A DNA stretch of 14,520 bases from assembly GCF_006345805.1 (NCBI RefSeq), contig NW_021825794.1:1-14520 (forward strand), given 5' to 3'. Origin of the DNA: Octopus sinensis. Its lineage: Eukaryota. The stretch's first letter is position 1; each line of letters opens with the position of its first letter. Below the pieces are notes generated by a model. It did not search any database. It saw nothing but the letters and a program-made list of their open reading frames with translations, and was not told the origin of the DNA. This document shows positions 8,700 through 14,520 of the stretch, piece by piece. Position numbers and translations under genes: made by a program.

Positions 8700-9485
8700 T
8701 TTTGTTTTTAGTATAGTATTATGTATATAATATATTTTTTCCTGGAAACCACTTAACTGTAATACTTGTTTGTAATGTGGAATGTGGTTGTTAAATATTG
8801 TCTCGTTAACAGATAAATTTGAGATTCTTATTAAAATTCTGGTTACAATACTTTTTATGGTGCTTGTAGGATGATTGGAGAGAACATTGATGTACTGTAG
8901 TGTTTAATTCGGCTTATGATATATTTGGTATGACTTGGTATTTAAATTCCATGTAACATTGAGAAAGTCGGCTATTTTGGTGTCAGTCTCAAATTAAATG
9001 TGCAAGTTATAATAAATTTTGAGAAATTTTAGTATCCTTTTTTTAGTGCATTCAACTGCTGGTTTGGATAATCTGGTAGTAGTGAAAAGGGAATCATCTC
9101 TGTATAATCTGCCTGCTATTTCAAGGAAGTTCGATTCAGTTTGTGATAATAAAAATAGGCCAACCAGATCTGTAATTTGTGCAGGGTCAGATGAGCCCAT
9201 TGTTATATCAAAAAAAGTATGTAAAGTAGTCCTGGTCCAATTTGTGTTTTTCTGGCAGTTAATATAATGTCGGTATCATGTTGGGAAATTGTTGTAAAGT
9301 TATGACCAAAGATTAAAACTTTATTAAGGAGGATTGGTGAAATTGAAATGTAATAGTTTGAAATATCAAATTGTATGAAATGAGTATGATGTTTATCCTT
9401 AATCAATAAAACCAGGTAATGACATCACTGATTGAATTCCATAAGGGAAGTTTTATGTTAGTTCTGATCTTAGGAATTATTGTAT
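8700..9485 (-). pseudogene. Penelope-type reverse transcriptase, disrupted
   Basis: ORFs 9203..9406 (FIQFDISNYY) and 8994..9200 (MGS...LYRDD), plus the thumb region SNHP...LSGF. Confidence 0.87.
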
Positions 9486-9491
9486 CCAGTA

Positions 9492-9610
9492 TACCAGATT
9501 ATCCAAAGCAACAGTTGAACGCACTAAGAAAAGGATAGAAAAATTTCTCAAAGATTACTATAGCTTGCACATTTTATTTGAAACCGAGACTAATATAAAT
9601 GAATTTTTTA
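9492..9610 (+). repeat. Inverted, diverged Penelope RT fragment (matches ~8965-9078)
   Basis: TACCAGATTATCCAAAGCAACAGTTGAACGCACTAAG versus the reverse complement TACCAGATTATCCAAACCAGCAGTTGAATGCACTAAA; roughly 80% identity overall by eye. Confidence 0.8.
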
Positions 9611-9658
9611 TTTTTATGTAGTTTGTTTTTCGTTTCTGATGCAATAAATACTAAAATA

Positions 9659-9796
9659 GTTATCTCCCCTGAATTTATACATTATTAATTAATAAATTAT
9701 GTTAAATTATTTTATAACCTTTTATTTTTGAATTAATTAATGTATAAACTTAATTTTTTTCTAGATAGATATATGTATAGAATTGTGTATATTTGT
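9659..9796. repeat. 138-bp direct repeat identical to 8405-8542
   Basis: GTTATCTCCCCTGAA...GTGTATATTTGT; no differences found by manual comparison. Confidence 0.92.
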
Positions 9797-9867
9797 ATGT
9801 TGTAAAAATATATATATAGTAATTAAAAAAAAAGAAGTACATTAACTCGTGTATATGGAAGTGTATG

Positions 9868-9891
9868 TATATATATATATATATATATATA
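9868..9891. repeat. (TA)n microsatellite flanking the first Helitron 5' end
   Basis: Read directly from the sequence. Confidence 0.95.
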
Positions 9892-10400
9892 TCTCTTATT
9901 ATAAAAGGCAGATTTTAGCTGCCTCCCTTTGGGAGTTATACAAATCTACAATATAAGATTTCTTCAATTACAATTTACCTAGCATTTTTAAGAGTACAAT
10001 GCATCGCGTCATGCCAGGTCCAGTTTTTAAAATTTAAACTCCAATTAAGCAAAATTTACAGAAAACTCACATTCTGGTGTGTGTGTCAAATGCTTTTCTT
10101 AGTCTGGTTTACACCACACGCAAACGCACACACACAGTGGGCAACGAATAAAATGAAAGTAAATAGCGACAGAGTGATTTGAGCAAGACTAAACTGAAAG
10201 TGTTTAAACCACTACTCAAAAAATAAAAAAACACAGCAAACAGAAACAAATAAATACATAACCATTTAATCCTCACACAACTTCTTCAATTAGCATTTAC
10301 CTAAGATTTTTCAAAGTACTCCATTCGCTCATGCCATAATATATTTCTTTCAATTTCACCCCCAATTAAGACAAAATTCGAGAAAACTCAATATTTTAAC
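9892..10400 (+). mobile_element. Non-autonomous Helitron family A, copy A1 (5' part; own 3' end not seen)
   Basis: A|TCTCTTATTATAAAAGGCAG start. About 98% identical to 11432-11673 over ~243 bp, and homologous to 12244-12800. Confidence 0.75.
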
Positions 10401-11059
10401 ATATCACTCCGAAAGCATTGATGTACATGTGTGCGTGCGTGAGTGTGTGTGTGTCATTCCTCACACACACGCATACACATACATATACAACTACATACAA
10501 CTACATACACATACAACTACATACAAACACGTGTGTGTTTGTTATTAGTAAAAAAGGCGCAAAAACACAACTCACTTATCATTCCAACACATTTGCAAAG
10601 ACACACGGAGGACAGAAAAGGTAAATTGGTTTTTATTTTACTCTGTATATATTTTATTATATAATATTATATATAGATATATGTATATATAATTGCAGTA
10701 TGAAACAGTGTTTATGTATAAACAGACGACACTTATATATAGTTACCAAGCCGCCCGAATTTGCCTATTCATATTTAAATGAGAATATCAGAGCAAATCT
10801 CTTTAGTACATTCGTGAAAACACGTATTATACTTCGTAAACACTTCAACTAGTTTTGTACAAAAATCGAAGTGTAATTTTAATTCCGTGAATTATGGGAG
10901 ATTTTTTTCCGAAATTTGTTCCTATTGTGTTTTCAAAATTTTTAATTCTGACAAAAAATGGATACGAATTTCATTATATCAAGCAGCGAGTCAGAATTCG
11001 AAGGATTTTCTACTGAAGACCTTCATAAATCTAACTCTATGACTGAAAAAAAAAAAGCA

Positions 11060-11431
11060 TCTTTATATAAGAGTGAAGTTGTGTGTCTGTCTCCTACGAT
11101 TTAGATTCCTAACTACTCCCACATTTTGCGGTGCAGTTTAACCAAAAGCGGGTATCTTATAGTCGTGATTCATATCGAGCCCTTCTGGGTATTAGCGTGC
11201 ATCTACGATTTAAAAACAATTTACCATCATATTTTTCCATTTTAATGCATTTTTTTCGCTTTTATATAAGGGAAATAACTCTCTAAAAATATCTACGATG
11301 TGTCAACGATTTAAAAAATATTTACCTTCATTTTTTTTCAATTTTTAATGCATTTTTTGGCTATAACTCTCTAAAAATGCTTATATAGTTATTTCCCTTA
11401 CAACCCGAGCAACGCCGGGCGATACTGCTAG
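11060..11431 (+). mobile_element. Complete 372-bp non-autonomous Helitron family B, copy B1
   Basis: A|TCTTTATATAAG 5' end; GC hairpin CCCGAGCAACGCCGGG (11404-11419); CTAG at 11428-11431 followed by T; no TSD. Contains two ~90-bp internal subrepeats. Confidence 0.88.
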
Positions 11432-12243
11432 TCTTATTATAAAAGGCAGATTTTATCTGCCTCCCTTTGGGAGTTATACAAATCTACAATATAGGATTTC
11501 TTCAATTACAATTTACCTAGCACTTTTAAGAGTACAATGCATCGCGTCATGCCAGGTCCAGTTTTTAAAATTTAAACTCCAATTAAGCAAAATTTACAGA
11601 AAACTCACATTCTGGTGTGTGTGTCAAATGCTTTTCTTAGTCTGGTAACACCACACGCAAACGCACACACACACAAAGGGAGCGAATTGTTTCACTGATG
11701 CTATCACCCTTCTCCTCCTTTGTCTTTGCAAGTTTGCAGCTATCGTAAAATTTTGTTGTATACCCAATTGAATATTAGCTAATAACCCATTTTTTATAGC
11801 GATGTTTGAACAAAATTTTAATAATTTTACAGAAAGTTACCCAGAATAACAAATTCTATCGTAAAATTTTGTTGTATACCCAATTGAATATTAGCTAATA
11901 ACCCATTTTCTATAGCGATGTTTGAACAAAATTTTAATAATTTTACAGAAAGTTACCCAGAATAACAAACGAGCCCTTCTGGGTATTAGCGCGCGTCTAC
12001 GATGAGTCTACGATTTAAAAAAAAATTACCATATTTTTCTATTTTAATGCATTTTTTTCGCTTTTATATAAGGGAAGTAACTCTCTAAAAATATCTACGA
12101 TGTGTCAACGATTTAAAGAAAAATTTACCTAATTTTTTTTCAATTTTTAATGCATTTTTTTGCTATTTTTTGGCTATAACTCTCTAAAATGCTTATATAG
12201 TTATTTCCCTTACAACCCGGCAGCGCCGGGACGATACTGCTAG
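11432..12243 (+). mobile_element. Chimeric Helitron: family A 5' end joined to family B 3' end
   Basis: TC start; family A sequence to ~11739; 114-bp duplication 11740-11969; family B sequence from 11970; perfect hairpin CCCGGC-AGC-GCCGGG (12216-12230); CTAG at 12240-12243. Confidence 0.82.
11740..11969. repeat. Tandem duplication, 2 x 114 bp (period 116)
   Basis: 11740-11853 vs 11856-11969 differ by one substitution and are separated by a TT spacer. Confidence 0.95.
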
Positions 12244-12456
12244 TCTTATTATAAAAGGCAGATTTATCTGCCTCCTTTGTCTATTATAGAAATTACAATA
12301 TAGGATTTCTTCAATTACAATTTACCTAGCATTTTAAGAGTAGAATACATCGGGTCGTGCCAGGTACGGTTTTTCAAATTTCACCCCCAATTAAGCAAAA
12401 TTTCGAGAAAACTCACATTGTGGTGTGTAAGTGAAGTGCTTTTCTTAGTGTGGGCT

Positions 12457-12460
<4 letters not shown>

Positions 12461-12498
<38 letters not shown>
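12461..12498. repeat. (CA)19 microsatellite
   Basis: Read directly from the sequence. Confidence 0.97.
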
Positions 12499-12503
<5 letters not shown>

Positions 12504-12887
12504 AGTGAAATGCTTCACTCATGCTATCACCCTTATTTCTCCTCCTTTCTCTTTGCAAGTGTGCAACGATTAAAGTGAAAGTATTTATATAAAACGAGAG
12601 AAGTGTACCTTAAACCACTACTCAAAAAAAAAACAACACAGCAAACAGAAACAAAACATAACGATTTACTCCTCACACATTTTCTTCAATTAGAGTTTAC
12701 CTATGATTTTTCAAAGTACTTCCATTCCGTCATGGCATACAAAATTTCTTTCAATTTCACCCCCATTTCAGAAAAAATTCGAGAAAACTAAATATTTTAC
12801 CATTTCACTCTTTCACTCTGCATATTACTCCCACTTCCTCTTTACACACATAGACACGCAAATATATAAATAAAATTGTAAGCTAAC

Positions 12888-12940
12888 GTGCGTGTGTGTG
12901 TGTGTGAGGGTGTGTGTGTGTGCGTGTGTGTGAGTGTGTG
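12888..12940. repeat. Imperfect (GT)n microsatellite
   Basis: Read directly from the sequence. Confidence 0.93.
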
Positions 12941-13169
12941 ACAAGGATGAGCCAGTCAGACTGGTCATCCTTTTTGCTAGATCACCTATGGTCTTATATG
13001 CTACACCACTGGTTTTCAGTTCATATTAATCAAATTAATATTCACAACAAGAAGGACTATTCATTATAATACATCAGTTCCACACATTTACCCTGGTTCC
13101 ATTTCGGACAACTGCACAAACATTTGCCATTTCACACATGTATGTAAACAAATTCCTTTCTTAAAAATT

Positions 13170-13527
13170 TCAATTCATACAAAGTTTTTTAGGACGAATA
13201 TAAGATCTAAAGTATATCCAAGTAGCAGAAAGATCGCCCAAAAGTGTATATAGATATTTAAATGTATTTATATATTCATCTATACACATGTATGTATAAT
13301 GTGTGTGTATATTTTCCATAGAGGTAACATTTCACTCCATACAAAGTTATTTAGGACGAAAATAAGATCTAAAGTTATCTCTAAGAAACAGAAAGATCGC
13401 CCAAAAGTGTATATAGATATTTAAATGTATTTATATATTATCTATACACACATGTATGTATAATGTGCGTGTATATATTTCCATAGAGGTAACCATTCAA
13501 TCCATACAAAGTTTTTTAGGACGAAAA
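13170..13527. repeat. Tandem repeat, ~163-bp unit, ~2.2 copies
   Basis: CATACAAAGTT(T/A)TTTAGGACGAA recurs at 13176, 13338 and 13503 (periods 162 and 165). Confidence 0.92.
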
Positions 13528-14366
13528 TTTTATATATAAAAGAAAGGTTGTGTGTCTGTCTACTCCGATTAGATTCCTAACTACTCCCACATTTTGCGAT
13601 GCAGTTTAACCAAAACCGGTATCTTATAGTCGTGATTCATATCGAGCCCTTCTGGGTATTAGCGCACGTCTACGATGAGTCTACGATTTTACAAATAATT
13701 TACCATCATTTTTTTCCATTTTAATGCATATTTCTTTAAATAAAGGGAAGTAACTCTCAAACTTCACCAATATGCGTGCTCATATGCGACGTAATATCAC
13801 ATCAGCAGCATTTCCTCACACCCTCCTTGCACTTGGCGAAGGCAAAATACCAGGGGATGAATGGTAATATTGCCATCGATTCCATTTGTACCATTGTTAA
13901 GACGCCTTCTGATCTCAGAGATGCAGTGTTCCCAGATCTACAAGCTAATTATCAGGATATATGGATTGGATTGGCAAAAAGGCTATTACTGGCCCCGAGG
14001 AATAAAACTGTTCACCATATTAATGATGAAATGCTAAAACTCATTCCTGGGGAAGTCTATGTATATCAGTCTATCGATACAACTCCTGACCCAGAGGACG
14101 TCATCAACTATCCAATAGAGGTACTCAATTCCTTTGAGCACCCCGGACTACCACCACACTTTCTCAAACTTAAAGTTGGTGCCCCTATAATGCTCATCAG
14201 AAATTTGGTTCTCCAAAACAATGAAATGGCACATATTGATCGTTAAGTCTTATCTCCCACCGTAAACTATATCAATATTTGCCTGAATAATCATCATAAT
14301 TCAGTGCAATCATTAACAGTACTTTCAAGCTATTCAGCCCCGAGCAACGCCGGGCAATTCTGCTAG
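13528..14366 (+). mobile_element. Helitron family B long form (B3), an internal-deletion derivative with a helicase fragment
   Basis: The 5' ~230 bp match B1 (5' TC degenerate). Hairpin CCCGAGCAACGCCGGG at 14339-14354; CTAG at 14363-14366 followed by T. Confidence 0.85.
13760..14245 (+). pseudogene. Pif1-like (SF1B) Helitron helicase fragment, frameshifted
   Basis: TNMRAH...LLALGEG in an upstream frame, then VFPDL..NY, LAPRNKTVHHIN, YQSIDT, EVLNSFEHPGLPPHFLKLKVGAPIMLIRNL and a frameshifted NGT. These are classic Helitron RepHel helicase motifs. Confidence 0.92.
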
Positions 14367-14520
14367 TCTATATAAACAGCAAAATGTCTGTGTGCGTGTC
14401 CTTATACAATCCACAGTTTTTAGTTAGAGGGCTTGCACTTTCTATGGTCACTCAAAAACCCATCAAAGGGTGGTCGTGCACATCTTTACATTTCCCCAGT
14501 CACCCTGCAAAGTCATTAAA
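14367..14520 (+). mobile_element. 5' end of a third Helitron-like family (C), running off the window
   Basis: TCTATATAAACAGCAAAATGTCTGTGTGCGTGTC begins exactly after the CTAG and has the same TC / TATA-rich / GTCTG layout as family B. Confidence 0.6.

Larger units (their letters stand above)
6430..9485 (-). mobile_element. Penelope-like retroelement (RT + GIY-YIG; Naiad-like by motif pattern), 5'-truncated and interrupted
   Basis: Minus strand in order: LWNSISDVITWF, FIQFDISNYY, MGSSDPAQITDLVGLFLL, RLYRDD, DFLNVTWNL, LSNHP, LSGF, KKREIIWYTPHFS, TNFPKYHKYYSIFN...STTPNLRSIISSINK, [foldback insertion], RCNCR, KIYIGSATDFKRRY, CKLCIRE, LLNK, CKH. The clade assignment is inference. Confidence 0.88.
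12244..12980 (+). mobile_element. Helitron family A, copy A3, apparently full length (737 bp)
   Basis: TC start. Near-perfect palindrome AAGGATGA-G-CCAGTC-A-GACTGG-TCATCCTT (12943-12972), then CTAG at 12977-12980. The next base is A rather than the canonical T. Confidence 0.7.

Noticed and set aside
8405-9796. LTR retrotransposon defined by the 138-bp direct repeats
   Set aside because: No TG...CA ends, PBS, PPT or TSD. The enclosed RT is Penelope-type and its ORF continues past the left repeat.
10418-10664. ORFs 10418..10624 and 10443..10664
   Set aside because: Translations of GT/CA/CATACAA simple repeats.
11740-13527. CRISPR-like array suggested by recurring units
   Set aside because: The units are 114-165 bp tandem copies without unique spacers, the context is eukaryotic, and there are no cas genes.
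13776-14246. Host PIF1 gene
   Set aside because: It is a frameshifted, intronless fragment enclosed by Helitron termini, so it is transposon-derived.

Overview
AT-rich eukaryotic DNA with (TA)n, (CA)n and (GT)n tracts and no supportable host gene. Essentially the whole window is nested, decayed mobile elements; the repeat repertoire looks like a coleoid cephalopod (octopus-type) genome, which is my inference from recall, not a database result. From left to right: an old RTE-LINE remnant (+); a CR1-type LINE 3' remnant (-) with a tRNA-derived SINE inserted in it; a 219-bp hAT MITE with a perfect 8-bp TSD; a 5'-truncated RTE LINE (-; APE, RT, and a PHD-like Cys/His insert in the RT) patched with locally templated duplications; and a Penelope-like element (-; YRDD RT, GIY-YIG, 3' hammerhead-like motif). 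The Penelope ORF is split by a 721-bp long-TIR foldback element with an 8-bp TSD, telomere-like repeats and nested palindromes. The last ~4.6 kb is a chain of Helitrons from three families joined at exact CTAG|TC junctions, one of which keeps a Pif1-helicase fragment. The most interesting structures are the mixed-family Helitron chain, the foldback element, the hammerhead-like motif and the patchwork insertions in the RTE.
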